A DNA stretch of 63,877 bases, counting the filler. It is 5 parts of 5 records of this genome, joined end to end, with 100 filler letters (N's around TTAATTAATTAA, not from the genome) between each part and the next. Parts side by side here need not be neighbours in the genome. Positions count along the whole stretch, not along the records: positions 19,738 to 24,842 come from SRR20825010_2935; positions 24,943 to 38,351 come from SRR20825010_2940; 3 more parts are not named here. One strand, given 5' to 3'. The notes below the pieces were generated by a model. The model did not search any database and was not told where the DNA came from. It saw nothing but the letters and a program-made list of their open reading frames with translations. Numbering within the stretch: the first letter of the stretch is position 1; each line of letters opens with the position of its first letter. A program made the translations under genes and the position numbers. Of this stretch, positions 22,856 to 32,882 are shown in pieces.

Positions 22856-23884
22856 TTACTCGGCGGTAAAGGACTTGCCGTCCATGGCAGCGTCCTGAAC
22901 CATGGCGCGGGGCTCATCCTGCAGCGGCACCAGGCCACGCTCGGCCAGGTAGCCACCGGGGCCCATGGCTTCTTCGGACACATACTCTTCGACGAAATCC
23001 TGAAGGTTCGGGATAACACCGCGGTGTGCGTTCTTGACGTAGAAGAACAACGGGCGCGAGATCGGGTAGTCGCCGGTTGCGATGGTCTCGGGGCTGGGCT
23101 CGACACCGTCGATATGAACCGACTTCAGGGTGTCGAGGTTCTCGTACAGGAACGAATACCCGAAGATGCCCATTGCGTTGGCGTCGGCGTTCAGGCGCTG
23201 AACGATCAGGTTGTCGTTTTCGCCGGCTTCGACGAACGGACCGTCCTGGCGCATGCGTGCGCAATGCTCTTCGGCCCAGTCGCTGCCCATGTCGTGGATG
23301 TAGGGGATCTCTTCGCAACCGGCGACCATTGCCAGTTCGACAAAGGCGTCACGCGTGCCGGATGTCGGCGGGGGGCCGTATGCGAGGATTTCAACTTCGG
23401 GCAGGTCGGGGTTGATTTCGTTCCACATGGTGTAGGGGTTGGCAACCATCTGGCCGTCCACGGGAACTTCAGCTGCCAGAGCCATGTAGACTTCGGTCAG
23501 GGTCAGGTCCCAGTCGAACTCATTGTCACGCGACATGGCGATGGACAGGCCGTCGTTGCCGATCTGAACTTCGGTGATGTCGACAACGCCGTTTTCCACG
23601 CAGAGGTCGAATTCCGACTTCTTCATGGCGCGCGACGCGCCGGTGATGTCGGGGTGGCCTTCACCGATGCCGCCGCAGAAGATCTTCATGCCGCCGCCGG
23701 TGCCGGTCGATTCCACGATCGGCGACGCAGCGCCGGTCACAGAGGAGAACTGCTCGGCAACGGCCTGAGTGTAAGGAAACACTGTGGACGAACCGACGAT
23801 GCGGATTTCGTCGCGCGCGGCGGCAGCAGTGGCCGAAACAGCGGCAATTGCCAGAGTCGAGGCAGTCAGTTTAGCGAATTTCAT
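22856..23884 (-). CDS. pstS: phosphate-binding periplasmic protein
   Basis: Signal peptide, IVGSSTVFP, ESTGTGGG, GPPPTSGTRDAF, YPISRPLFFY. Confidence 0.96.
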   Translation of the reverse strand: MKFAKLTASTLAIAAVSATAAAARDEIRIVGSSTVFPYTQAVAEQFSSVTGAASPIVESTGTGGGMKIFCGGIGEGHPDITGASRAMKKSEFDLCVENGVVDITEVQIGNDGLSIAMSRDNEFDWDLTLTEVYMALAAEVPVDGQMVANPYTMWNEINPDLPEVEILAYGPPPTSGTRDAFVELAMVAGCEEIPYIHDMGSDWAEEHCARMRQDGPFVEAGENDNLIVQRLNADANAMGIFGYSFLYENLDTLKSVHIDGVEPSPETIATGDYPISRPLFFYVKNAHRGVIPNLQDFVEEYVSEEAMGPGGYLAERGLVPLQDEPRAMVQDAAMDGKSFTAE

Positions 23885-23959
23885 GGAAAGCTCCGTGAAC
23901 CTAGGAAACGATCATCCCCACGATGACCTTGCCCCGGACCGCTACCGGCCCGACGCTAT

Positions 23960-23994
23960 GGTTTTGTGACGCTTGTGTAACGGTTTTATGACGC
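23960..23994 (-). promoter_or_regulatory. Pho box (three tandem PhoB half-sites)
   Basis: Minus strand GTCATAAAACC GTTACACAAGC GTCACAAAACC with exact 11-bp period, ~75 bp upstream of pstS. Confidence 0.85.
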
Positions 23995-24153
23995 GGGCGG
24001 TTTTTGCTGCGACGCGGCGGGGATTCGCGTCCCGGCGCTTGGCGACCGGAATGTGCAACCCGAAAAGCGGCTGTTTTCCGCACCGTCACGCGGCCACATC
24101 TCGCCCGAACGGCAGGTGGGGGATTCGGCCCGCGACGCGGGCCGGGTTTCAGA

Positions 24154-24842
24154 TCAGCTGACGGGGAGCGTGATGGTAAAGCGGGTGCCCGCGCCCTGCT
24201 CGCTCTGGATCTTGAGCCGCCCTCGGTGGCGATTGACGATATGTTTGACAATCGCCAGTCCCAAACCAGTGCCACCCATCTCGCGTGAGCGGTGCGTGTC
24301 GATGCGGTAGAACCGTTCCGTCAGGCGCGGCAGATGGATCGGATCGATCCCCGGCCCGTTGTCCTGAATGATCAGGGTCGCCGCCTGCGCGCGCAGGCCC
24401 GGCGCGTAGTCCGGCGCACCCAGCCGCACCGTCACCGTCGTGCCCTTGCCGCAATACTTGATCGCATTCTCTATCAGGTTGGTCAGCACCTGATGCAGCT
24501 GGTCGCGGTCTGCGGGCACCACCACCTGCGCGTCGGGCAAATCGTGCACCAGTGTGACGTCCGCCTCTTGCGCCAGTGGAGACAGGCCGCTGATGGTGGC
24601 AAGGATGGAGGCACCCAGATCAATCCGTTCTGTCGGACGGACCCGTTCGTCCGCCTCGACCCGGCTGAGCGACAGCAGGTCACTGACCAGCCGGTTCATG
24701 CGGTGCGCCTCTGCCTCCATGATGTTCAGGAACCGCGCCTGTCCCACAGGATCGTTGCGCGCAGGGCCTTTCAACGTTTCGATAAACCCGATCAACGCGG
24801 TCAGCGGCGTCTTCAGTTCGTGGCTGACATTGGCGACGAAAT
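24154..24842 (-). CDS. phoR: phosphate regulon sensor histidine kinase (3' part; 5' end missing)
   Basis: H-box FVANVSHELKTPL, NLIENAIKY, DNGPGI, LPRLTERFYR, GGTGLGLAIVKH; directly upstream of pstS. Confidence 0.93.
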
Positions 24843-24942
24843 NNNNNNNNNNNNNNNNNNNNNNNNNNNNNNNNNNNNNNNNNNNNTTAATTAATTAANN
24901 NNNNNNNNNNNNNNNNNNNNNNNNNNNNNNNNNNNNNNNNNN
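24843..24942. other. artificial contig spacer
   Basis: 44 N + TTAATTAATTAA + 44 N. Confidence 0.99.
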
Positions 24943-25101
24943 GGGCTTACGGTCGCCAAATGAAGGCTTGTCACCAAACGATTTGCGTTCGCCGAAAGCA
25001 GGCTTGTCACCAAACGACTTGCGCTCGCCGAAAGCAGGCTTGTCGCCGTATGATTTGCGCTCGCCGAAGGCAGGCTTGTCGCCGTACGACTTGCGTTCGC
25101 C
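24943..25101 (-). repeat. 36-bp tandem repeat encoding GERKS(Y/F)GDKP(A/S)F, ~4.4 copies visible
   Basis: Visible in both DNA and translation of the helicase C-terminal tail. Confidence 0.92.
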
Positions 25102-26370
25102 GCCACCAAAGCTGCGGCCTTCTGAGCGGCCTCCGCCGTTGCCAGCATAACCGCCGCCACCGGAACGACCACGACCGCCGCTTGGCTTGCCGCCGCCACG
25201 GGGTGCTTGTGTGAAGTTACCGCGTGGCTCCAGGCCTTCCACTTGTTCTTCGGGAATGCGTGAGTTGATGAAACGCTCGATGCCGCGAACACTGATGATG
25301 TCGCAGGCTTCGGCCAATGTAACAGCCACGCCACTGCGGCCAGCACGGCCGGTACGGCCAATGCGGTGCACATAGTCTTCCGACTTCATGGGCATGCCGT
25401 AGTTGATCACGTGTGAAATTGCAGGCACGTCCAGGCCACGGGCAGCAACGTCAGTTGCAACCAGAACCTTGATGTCGCCTTTGCGAACGCTGGCCAAACG
25501 GCGGTTACGCACTACTTGTGGCATGCCACCGTGCAGGGCGCAGGCGCGAACGCCTTCATCGGCCAAATCGCGGGCCAGGTTTTCAGCATCAATTTGTGTG
25601 CTTGTAAACACAACCGCTTGAACCATGTCCGGGTGCTCCAGCCAGTGGTTCAGCAGCTTGCGCTTGTGGCCACGGTTGTCAGCCCACATCAATTTCTGGG
25701 AAATGTCTGTGTTGGCTTCGTTTTGCGCGGCCATTTCAATGCGCTTGGGGTTGTTCATGATGTTTTCAGCCAAACCGATAATGCGCTTGGCAAAGGTGGC
25801 GGAGAACATCAGTGTTTGAATGCGGTTGCCGCACAGCTGGTCGATGGCTTCCAGGTCTTCAGAGAAGCCCAGGTCAAGCATACGATCCGCTTCGTCGACG
25901 ATCAGTGTGGTTACTGTGCTCAGGTTCAATTTGCCTTGTTGGGCCAAATCGAGCAAACGGCCCGGTGTACCTACAACAATGCGTGCGCCGCGCAGGCTGG
26001 CCATCTGCTTGCCATAAGGCATGCCGCCAACTACAGTTGCTACACGAACGCCCTTGGTGAATTTCACCAGGTTGATCGCGTCTTGGCTAACTTGCTGGGC
26101 CAGTTCACGGGTGGGGCACAATACCAGACACTCTGGGCCGGCCATTGCTTCCATGGGGCTTTGTTCGCCTACCATCATGCGGTGCATGACGGGCAACAGG
26201 AAACCGAAAGTTTTGCCGCTACCTGTTTGGCTGGAAACCATAAGGTCGCCGCCGTCTTTGCCCAAGGGCACGACTTCTTGTTGTACGAGTGTAGGGGCTG
26301 TGATGTTCAAAGCATTTAGGGCTTGCAGCAAAGGCGCAGCAAGACCCATGTCATCAAATGACATAGACAT
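24943..26370 (-). CDS. DEAD-box RNA helicase (3' end cut by contig end)
   Basis: Q motif, TGSGKT, PTRELAQQ, DEAD, SAT, HRIGRTGRAG; start placed at MSMSFDDMGL. Confidence 0.96.
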
Positions 26371-26732
26371 GATAAAAGTTCCAATTCGATGTGGACTTAA
26401 AAATTCATCGACGAACAGAAATGAAACGACGCGGCTGGGAACTTGGTTGTTCCGGATGGTCGCAAGAGAACTGGCGGCGATGGGCAAAGCACAGCTTCAA
26501 GAGCTTGTGCCAACAAAGGCAACCCAACGCGGTCCAATGGTGAGAATCGTGTAAACGACCCGTTGATTTGCAATCTGGAGCGAAGTCTACTGGGTTTGTG
26601 TGCGATGCACAAGAAAATATTGCAATTAAAACCACAATTAGAAGAAAAACACCACCATCCCCGCAATTGCCTATCAATATTTTCAGAATCCGGACGTTAT
26701 CACCTACAGAGGTAGTCAATCAGGACCGGGTT

Positions 26733-27323
26733 ATGAGAAAACTAAAGATATTGATGGTGGCAGGCGCTGCGACCATGTTGAGCTCGTGCGATCTCTCGCA
26801 GATCCCAGGGCTGGATGGGAAGTTGTCCCTGGACGACAGCAAGGCCGTGGGCGCGGCGTGCCGACATTCCGGTCGGGCGCTGGAAGACTGTTTTGCCTTG
26901 AACCCGAACACACATCAGTCTGGGGTGTTCGATGGATGGCGTGACATGAACGATTACATGTTGGCCAATCAAATCGATGTGGTGAAGCCAGAAATTCGCA
27001 ATTCGGCATACAAACCAGACAAGGTGTCGGTTGATCAAGGCGGGGCGAGCGCGCAACCCACACAACCCGGCTCGAACCCGGCGCAAACGCCTGCTGATGC
27101 AGTGCCCCTGGCGCAGGGGCGGCAACGCTGGTCACCGAAGGGGCTAGAAGGTGTAGCTGATGGTGTGCCCAGCCCGCAACCCGATGTAGCAAAAGAGAAG
27201 GCAGAGAACACAGTCCAAGCCCCGGCGGAGGTCAAGGAGGAGGCTGCCGTTAGCGAAAAGCCTGCGGTGGACGCACCCGTACGGCCTTGGGAGCGCAAGA
27301 AAGACCCGAAGAAACACACCTGA
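26733..27323 (+). CDS. hypothetical lipoprotein
   Basis: MRKLKILMVAGAATMLSSC lipobox; conserved-looking core GAACRHSGRALEDC...GWRDMNDYM; Pro/Ala-rich tail. Confidence 0.75.
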   Translation: MRKLKILMVAGAATMLSSCDLSQIPGLDGKLSLDDSKAVGAACRHSGRALEDCFALNPNTHQSGVFDGWRDMNDYMLANQIDVVKPEIRNSAYKPDKVSVDQGGASAQPTQPGSNPAQTPADAVPLAQGRQRWSPKGLEGVADGVPSPQPDVAKEKAENTVQAPAEVKEEAAVSEKPAVDAPVRPWERKKDPKKHT

Positions 27324-27377
27324 TTCGTTTGCTGTTCATCAGCAACGTGGCATGGATGATATCCTGAAAGTTCACAA

Positions 27378-28850
27378 TTGACTTTCAGGATTTTCAGCGT
27401 GTCAATCTGCAAAATCTGTCGCATTTCCCTTCTGCTTTTCTTGGTTTCGCCCGCAGTGGCTTTGCCCAAAAACCCGGAACCTTCAAGCAGATCATTTCCG
27501 GCTTCCATTACCCAGGCCTTTGTTAAAAAGGGCATTGCCAGCAGCGATTTCACCGCATACGCCCTGCCTGTCGAGCCATATACAAGCCGAAAGCCGCAAG
27601 CCTATGCGCATGGCTCAAGCCAATTGGTGAACCCCGCTTCGGTTGCAAAGGTGTTTACCACTGGTTTGGCCTTGCAAACGCTCGAATCAACTTACCGGTT
27701 TAAAACAGGTTTTCATGCCGATGCCGAGCCTGTGGACGGCGTGCTCAACGGCCCTTTGTACATCAAGGGCACGGGTGATCCGGCTTTTCAAACTGCCGAT
27801 TTGTGGACATCTTTGCGTCAATTGAGAAGCAAAGGTGTGGATGTAATCAACGGACCGATTGTGCTGGACGATTCGGCATTTACCGAGCAAATGCCAAGCC
27901 TGGGCCTGGCCGAAGACGATGCCTTTGATGATGCGCCGCACCGTGCGTACCATGCGCAGCCCGACGCGTTGCTGATGAATTTCGGTGCCATGTCCATTGA
28001 TCTTAAAATCAACGAGAACACGGTGGTGGTGGTGCCAGAAGAGGCGCCCAAAAGCTGGGCATTTGTGTCCGAAGTCAAATTGACGCCTGCGGTTTGCGGC
28101 GCCTGGAAAAACGGTATGACCGTGGATTTTGCCAAGGTGGGTCAAAATGTAGTGGTGACTGTGCGTGGCAACTACCCCCGCCGTTGCGGGCAATCCCGCT
28201 TGCCTATTCGCGTGCCGGTGCAAGACTGGCTGTGGGAAGCCTGGGTGAAAGAAATTTGGCTACAACTGGGCGGCAGGTTTTCGGGCCAGCAGGGTGGACA
28301 GGTTGTCAAAGGAATTACGCCAGTCACGACGATTGCCTTGCACACGCATTTTGGAAAGCCGCTGGCTGACCTGATCAAGCAAATCAACAAGTGGTCCAGC
28401 AATGTCATGGCTCGGCATCTGGAGTTGGCGGTGGCTGGCACCCCAGAGGCTTTTAATTTGCAAATGAAAGACTGGTTAAAGCTTCAGGGTATTGCATCGA
28501 ACGACTGGTTTTTCGAAAACGGCTCGGGCTTGTCCAGAAACACCCGAATTGATGCGAAAGGGTTGGCGGAGTTTTTGCGCAATATGGCACAACGCCCGGA
28601 TTTTCCGGATTTCCTGGCCAGCTTCCCGCGCGCAGGTGCGGACGGTACCTTGCATCGGCGTGTCAACAACGTGAACGGATTTGCTTATCTTAAAACGGGC
28701 AGTTTGAACGGTGTGCGTTCGCTGGGCGGTTACCTGCGCGACCGCGAGGGGCAGTTGTGGGCCGTGGGTATTTTGGTGAAAAGTCCAAGGTCGTATGACA
28801 GCTGGGCCCCCATGGAGGGCTTGCTTGAATTCCTGTACAGAGCCGAATAA
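27378..28850 (+). CDS. dacB: D-Ala-D-Ala carboxypeptidase/endopeptidase (PBP4 family)
   Basis: PASVAK (SxxK), KWSSN (SxN), ENGSGLSR, KTG. Confidence 0.93.
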   Translation: MTFRIFSVSICKICRISLLLFLVSPAVALPKNPEPSSRSFPASITQAFVKKGIASSDFTAYALPVEPYTSRKPQAYAHGSSQLVNPASVAKVFTTGLALQTLESTYRFKTGFHADAEPVDGVLNGPLYIKGTGDPAFQTADLWTSLRQLRSKGVDVINGPIVLDDSAFTEQMPSLGLAEDDAFDDAPHRAYHAQPDALLMNFGAMSIDLKINENTVVVVPEEAPKSWAFVSEVKLTPAVCGAWKNGMTVDFAKVGQNVVVTVRGNYPRRCGQSRLPIRVPVQDWLWEAWVKEIWLQLGGRFSGQQGGQVVKGITPVTTIALHTHFGKPLADLIKQINKWSSNVMARHLELAVAGTPEAFNLQMKDWLKLQGIASNDWFFENGSGLSRNTRIDAKGLAEFLRNMAQRPDFPDFLASFPRAGADGTLHRRVNNVNGFAYLKTGSLNGVRSLGGYLRDREGQLWAVGILVKSPRSYDSWAPMEGLLEFLYRAE

Positions 28851-28954
28851 TTTGTCTCAAAAATGATGCGCTTGCCCGCAAGCCTTGTCCAATGTGGGTT
28901 TTCCTTTGTTAGACTGACCTATCACTTTTTAACCAAGAGCACGGAGTCAATAAC

Positions 28955-29254
28955 ATGGACGAAAGCAAAGACAAACTTTTTAGTGACATGAAGATTGTGT
29001 TGAGCGACGCCGAAGATTTGTTGAAGGCGGCGGCTGCATCTTCGGGCGAACGTGCTGTTGAGTTGCGAGAAAAAGCACTGGTCAGTTTGCGCCGCGCCAG
29101 AGAAGTCATGCAAGACGCGCAATCTGCCGTGGTGGAAAAAGGCAAGGCGGCGGCCCGTGCCACAGACGACTACGTCCATGACAACCCATGGCAGGCCGTT
29201 GGCATTGCTGCGGCAGTGGGCTTCGTGCTTGGCTTGATCGTTAACCGCCGATAA
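28955..29254 (+). CDS. DUF883 / ElaB-YqjD family membrane-anchored ribosome-binding protein
   Basis: ATDDYVHDNPWQAVGIAAAVGFVLGLIVNRR. Confidence 0.93.
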   Translation: MDESKDKLFSDMKIVLSDAEDLLKAAAASSGERAVELREKALVSLRRAREVMQDAQSAVVEKGKAAARATDDYVHDNPWQAVGIAAAVGFVLGLIVNRR

Positions 29255-29265
29255 AAAGGTATACG

Positions 29266-29667
29266 GTGTTCAATCCAAATGCCAAGGCCGCATTGAAACG
29301 GGTGGCCGCCAGTTTGCTGGGCATGGGCCAAACCCGTCTTGAGCTGGCGGGGGTGGAGTTGGCGCAGGCGCGGCAAAATACGGTTAGAACTGTGCTTTGG
29401 TCGGTGCTGACAGCGCTGGCCGTTGCATTTGCCACCTTGTTTGTTTGCGTGTTGATCATTGCGCTGGCTTGGGACACACACCGTTTTATTGCCATTGCTG
29501 GTTGCGCCGCTTTTTACGTGGTCTTGGCTGTTTATTTTTATGTTCAGCTTAAAGACACGTTGGCAGCGCAGCCTCCTTTGTTTGAAGCAACCATTGCTGA
29601 ATTGGGCCGTGACAAAAACGCTTTGCTTGAAGGTTTGTCCGGTGACAACCCGCAGGGGCCACAATGA
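29266..29667 (+). CDS. YqjE-like membrane protein (holin-X superfamily, housekeeping context)
   Basis: TRLELAGVEL, two TM helices, FEATIAELGRD; directly follows the DUF883 gene. Confidence 0.85.
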   Translation: MFNPNAKAALKRVAASLLGMGQTRLELAGVELAQARQNTVRTVLWSVLTALAVAFATLFVCVLIIALAWDTHRFIAIAGCAAFYVVLAVYFYVQLKDTLAAQPPLFEATIAELGRDKNALLEGLSGDNPQGPQ

Positions 29668-30047
29668 GCAACAAGTTTGATGCATTGCAAGCGCGCAAGG
29701 AACTGCTGATGATGAAAGCCGAACTGGAGCGCATGGAACTTGGCTCACAGTTCGAGGCGGTGAAGAAAGAATTTGCCTGGGTGAACATGTTCAGGCAGTT
29801 TGGTGGATGGCTGGGTCAGCGCAACCTGCGTGCGCTGGGTCCTGTGGCCACCCTGGGTGGGCATATTTGGCAAGATGGCCTGAAAAAATACCCCTTGCTG
29901 GGCATGCTTGCCTCTACGGCGCTGCTGCGTTTTCGCCAACCCATCGCCAAAGTGGCCCTAAGGGCCGGGCTTGGTGCGGTGGTATTGGCGGCTGGCATGT
30001 ACTGGTTCCAGTCCAGAAAAGGCTCTACAGGCCCAGGCGGGTCATAA
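29664..30047 (+). CDS. YqjK-like membrane protein
   Basis: [16 protein letters not shown]; third gene of the trio, ATGA overlap with the previous gene. Confidence 0.7.
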   Translation: MSNKFDALQARKELLMMKAELERMELGSQFEAVKKEFAWVNMFRQFGGWLGQRNLRALGPVATLGGHIWQDGLKKYPLLGMLASTALLRFRQPIAKVALRAGLGAVVLAAGMYWFQSRKGSTGPGGS

Positions 30048-31608
30048 GTTCACGCACTCTTTCATCCAGATTTGGGTCGGGTTGAATGCTTCGGCCCCAT
30101 TCCCGTGTGGTTTCACCTGGCCATTTGTTGGTGGCATCCAGCCCCATCTTTCCACCCAGACCGCTGACCGGGCTTGCAAAGTCAAGGTAGTCGATCGGCG
30201 TGTTTTGAATCAGAACCGTGTCGCGCACAGGGTCCATTCGGGTCGTGATGGCCCAAATCACTTCTTTCCAGTCGCGGGCATTCACGTCGTCGTCCACCAC
30301 CACGATAAACTTGGTGTACATGAACTGGCGCAGAAAGCTCCATGCGCCCATCATCACGCGCTTGGCATGCCCGGCGTAGGCTTTTTTCATTGAAATGACA
30401 GCCATTCGATAGCTGCAACCTTCTGGCGGCAAGTAAAAATCCACAATTTCCGGAAACTGCTTTTGCAGAATCGGCACGAACACTTCGTTTAAGGCAACGC
30501 CCAACACGGCAGGTTCATCGGGTGGTTTGCCGGTGTAGGTGGAGTGGTAGATCGCATCGTCGCGCAGCGTAATGCGGTCCACGGTGAACACCGGGAACCA
30601 GTCTTGTTCATTGTAATAACCCGTGTGGTCGCCGTAAGGGCCTTCCAGTGCGCAATCCCAGCCCTTGAGGTATTCCGGAACCGGGGGTGGGGCGCGCAGC
30701 ACGGTGACGCCGGCCCGAATTTCAGGCACTTCGCCATCGGTTCGCCCTTTGCGGGCAGCTACAGCAATGGGGTGTTCGTAGGGATAAATATGGCCTTCCA
30801 GCACCATTTCCGCTTCAGCCGGCACTTGCAGTTCATTGCCTTTGCAAGCCACCAGTTCAGTGCGGCTGCCGCGCAGCAAGCCAGCAAACTGGTATTCCGA
30901 CAGGGTATCTGGCACGGGTGTGACCGCGCCCAGAATGGTGGCTGGGTCGGCACCCAGGGCCACTGAAATGGGGAAGGGTTGGCCCGGGTGCTTCAAGGCA
31001 TGGTCGCGGAAATCGAGCGCGCCGCCCCGGTGGGCCAGCCACCGCATGATCAGGCGGTTTTTGCCAACTTGCTGTTGTCGGTAAATCCCCAGGTTTTGCC
31101 GCTTGCGGTTGGGGCCTTTTGTGACCACCAAACCCCAGGTCAGCAGGGGTGCCGCGTCGTCGGGCCAGCATGTCCAGATTGGAATTTTGTTCAGGTCAAC
31201 GTCCGGGCCTTCTACTACGTTTTTATGGCACGGGGCGTTGCTGACCACTTTGGGCGCCATCGACAGTACCTGTTTTACCAGAGGCAGTTTGTCCAGCGCG
31301 TCACGCATGCCTTTGGGGGGTTCAGGTTCTTTCAGGTAAGCCAATGTGCGGCCAATGTCTCGCAGGGCCTCGGTGTTGCTGGCGCCCATTCCCATGGCTA
31401 CACGCTTTGGGGTGCCGAATAAGTTGCCGAGAACCCGGTGCTGAAAGCCATTGGGGGCGTCAAACAACAAAGCCGGGCCTTCAGCGCGAAGTACCTTGTC
31501 GCACAGGTGGGTCATTTCGAGAATCGGACTGACGGATTCAGGGACCCGTTGGAGTTCACCTTCTTTGTAGAGTAAATCGATGAAGTCTCGAAGGTTCTTG
31601 TATCGCAT
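30025..31608 (-). CDS. ubiD: 4-hydroxy-3-polyprenylbenzoate decarboxylase (prFMN-dependent)
   Basis: [44 protein letters not shown]. Confidence 0.97.
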   Translation of the reverse strand: MRYKNLRDFIDLLYKEGELQRVPESVSPILEMTHLCDKVLRAEGPALLFDAPNGFQHRVLGNLFGTPKRVAMGMGASNTEALRDIGRTLAYLKEPEPPKGMRDALDKLPLVKQVLSMAPKVVSNAPCHKNVVEGPDVDLNKIPIWTCWPDDAAPLLTWGLVVTKGPNRKRQNLGIYRQQQVGKNRLIMRWLAHRGGALDFRDHALKHPGQPFPISVALGADPATILGAVTPVPDTLSEYQFAGLLRGSRTELVACKGNELQVPAEAEMVLEGHIYPYEHPIAVAARKGRTDGEVPEIRAGVTVLRAPPPVPEYLKGWDCALEGPYGDHTGYYNEQDWFPVFTVDRITLRDDAIYHSTYTGKPPDEPAVLGVALNEVFVPILQKQFPEIVDFYLPPEGCSYRMAVISMKKAYAGHAKRVMMGAWSFLRQFMYTKFIVVVDDDVNARDWKEVIWAITTRMDPVRDTVLIQNTPIDYLDFASPVSGLGGKMGLDATNKWPGETTREWGRSIQPDPNLDERVRELMTRLGL

Positions 31609-31765
31609 TGTGAGAAAAACAGCCTGTTTGTTGTCCGGATGGAACAGTTAACAAGATATAACAACCCACGCCTGGAAGGCTTTTTCAAGCCCCCCAAAAG
31701 CGCATAACACCTAGATGTGGGGGTCGGTTATAGTTTGAAGTAGAAAGACTCTACCAGATTTTGGA

Positions 31766-31794
31766 TTGACCCCTGCCCGGGTAGACCCTAGAAT
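31766..31794 (+). promoter_or_regulatory. sigma-70 promoter of the SLT gene
   Basis: TTGACC-17 nt-TAGAAT. Confidence 0.8.
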
Positions 31795-31800
31795 CCGCTC

Positions 31801-32002
31801 AGCTTTGTGACAGGTACAAGCTAAGTAACACAAACGCAGTTGGAGGGTGACGCTTAAGGAAGCTTGAGCAAACCTAACTTCATCTTAAGAGTGTTTTGAC
31901 CATGCAGTACAAGCAATAGTGGTCAAAGCAGAACGTTCTGCCTCACGGACAAAATGGAGGCAGATGCACCGCTGAGTCAAACAATGCAGGGTCAAGCCTG
32001 CG
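31801..32002 (+). ncRNA. candidate structured 5' leader RNA (five hairpins)
   Basis: Stems at 31801-31822, 31838-31879, 31892-31930, 31937-31964 and 31986-32001, between the promoter and the GAGGAGG RBS. Confidence 0.5.
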
Positions 32003-32024
32003 TTTGCGTAGCAGAGGAGGTTGC

Positions 32025-32882
32025 ATGAAGCAGTACGAAACCGTTCTGAGCGTCAATGGCCAGCAGGTCCCATCTCAGAGTTATTTTCAGTCATTTCGAA
32101 ATGCCCTTACAGGTTTGGGCGTGGCGACATCGGTCTTTGCAACTGGCGCCGTTGCCATTTTGCTGTCCAATGCCGAGCTTCGAAGCCAGGTATTTTTCTC
32201 GGCTCCGGTGCAGGCTGTGTTCGCCGCAGAGATCGATTTGTTAAGCGCAGGCTTGGCAGCCAGCGGCGTTAAAGTGGTCAGCACTGCCGCAGCAGCACAA
32301 ACCCCTCCAGGTTCACGGAACCTGATCCCTGTCAGGTTCAATACCCTCGACACCAGCAAACCACTGACTGCGGGTCAGCGACAAATCACCTCGTACCTGG
32401 CCAAGCGTTACAGCGTGTCGCCAGAGGCAGTTGAATCCATTGTCCGCTTGGCCTACAAAGTGGGCAAGGAAGAGAAAGTGGAACCTACGCTGATCCTTGC
32501 CATTGTTGGCATTGAATCTTCCTACAACCCGTTTGCAGCCAGCCCGGTGGGTGCACGCGGTTTGATGCAGGTGATGCCCAAAATCCACAAAGACAAGTTC
32601 GAAGCCTTGTCGCCGGGCGATTGGTCGCCCCTCAACCCCGAAATGAACATGCGTGTGGGCGCGAAAATTATTCGCGAATACACCCGCCGCACGGGTTCGG
32701 TCAGTGCGGGTTTGCGTTGGTATGTTGGCGCGGCTGTGCATGGCAACGATGGCGGTTACCCAAGCAAGGTGCTGGCATTGAAATCCCGCATCGACGGGGC
32801 CCATCAGCAAGGCCACATGGTTGCATCCCGTGAGAAGACCGAAAAGGTTTCAGTGGTCGCAAGCGTTGGCAGCGAAGGTTAA
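32025..32882 (+). CDS. lytic transglycosylase, SLT domain
   Basis: IVGIESSYNP, GARGLMQV; strong RBS GAGGAGG before the ATG at 32025. Confidence 0.92.
   Translation: MKQYETVLSVNGQQVPSQSYFQSFRNALTGLGVATSVFATGAVAILLSNAELRSQVFFSAPVQAVFAAEIDLLSAGLAASGVKVVSTAAAAQTPPGSRNLIPVRFNTLDTSKPLTAGQRQITSYLAKRYSVSPEAVESIVRLAYKVGKEEKVEPTLILAIVGIESSYNPFAASPVGARGLMQVMPKIHKDKFEALSPGDWSPLNPEMNMRVGAKIIREYTRRTGSVSAGLRWYVGAAVHGNDGGYPSKVLALKSRIDGAHQQGHMVASREKTEKVSVVASVGSEG

Noticed and set aside
22832..23926. Long antisense ORFs (also 20386-21384, 25516-26319, 34718-35746, 51072-51914, 57551-58369)
   Set aside because: Shadow frames of well-supported genes caused by codon bias; no recognisable motifs.
24943..25101. 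36-bp repeats as a CRISPR array
   Set aside because: The repeats are contiguous with no spacers, in frame, and vary at synonymous positions.
29266..32882. Holin-like gene plus lytic transglycosylase as a prophage lysis module
   Set aside because: The membrane protein belongs to the housekeeping yqjD/E/K-like trio, ubiD separates it from the SLT gene, and no phage genes are present.
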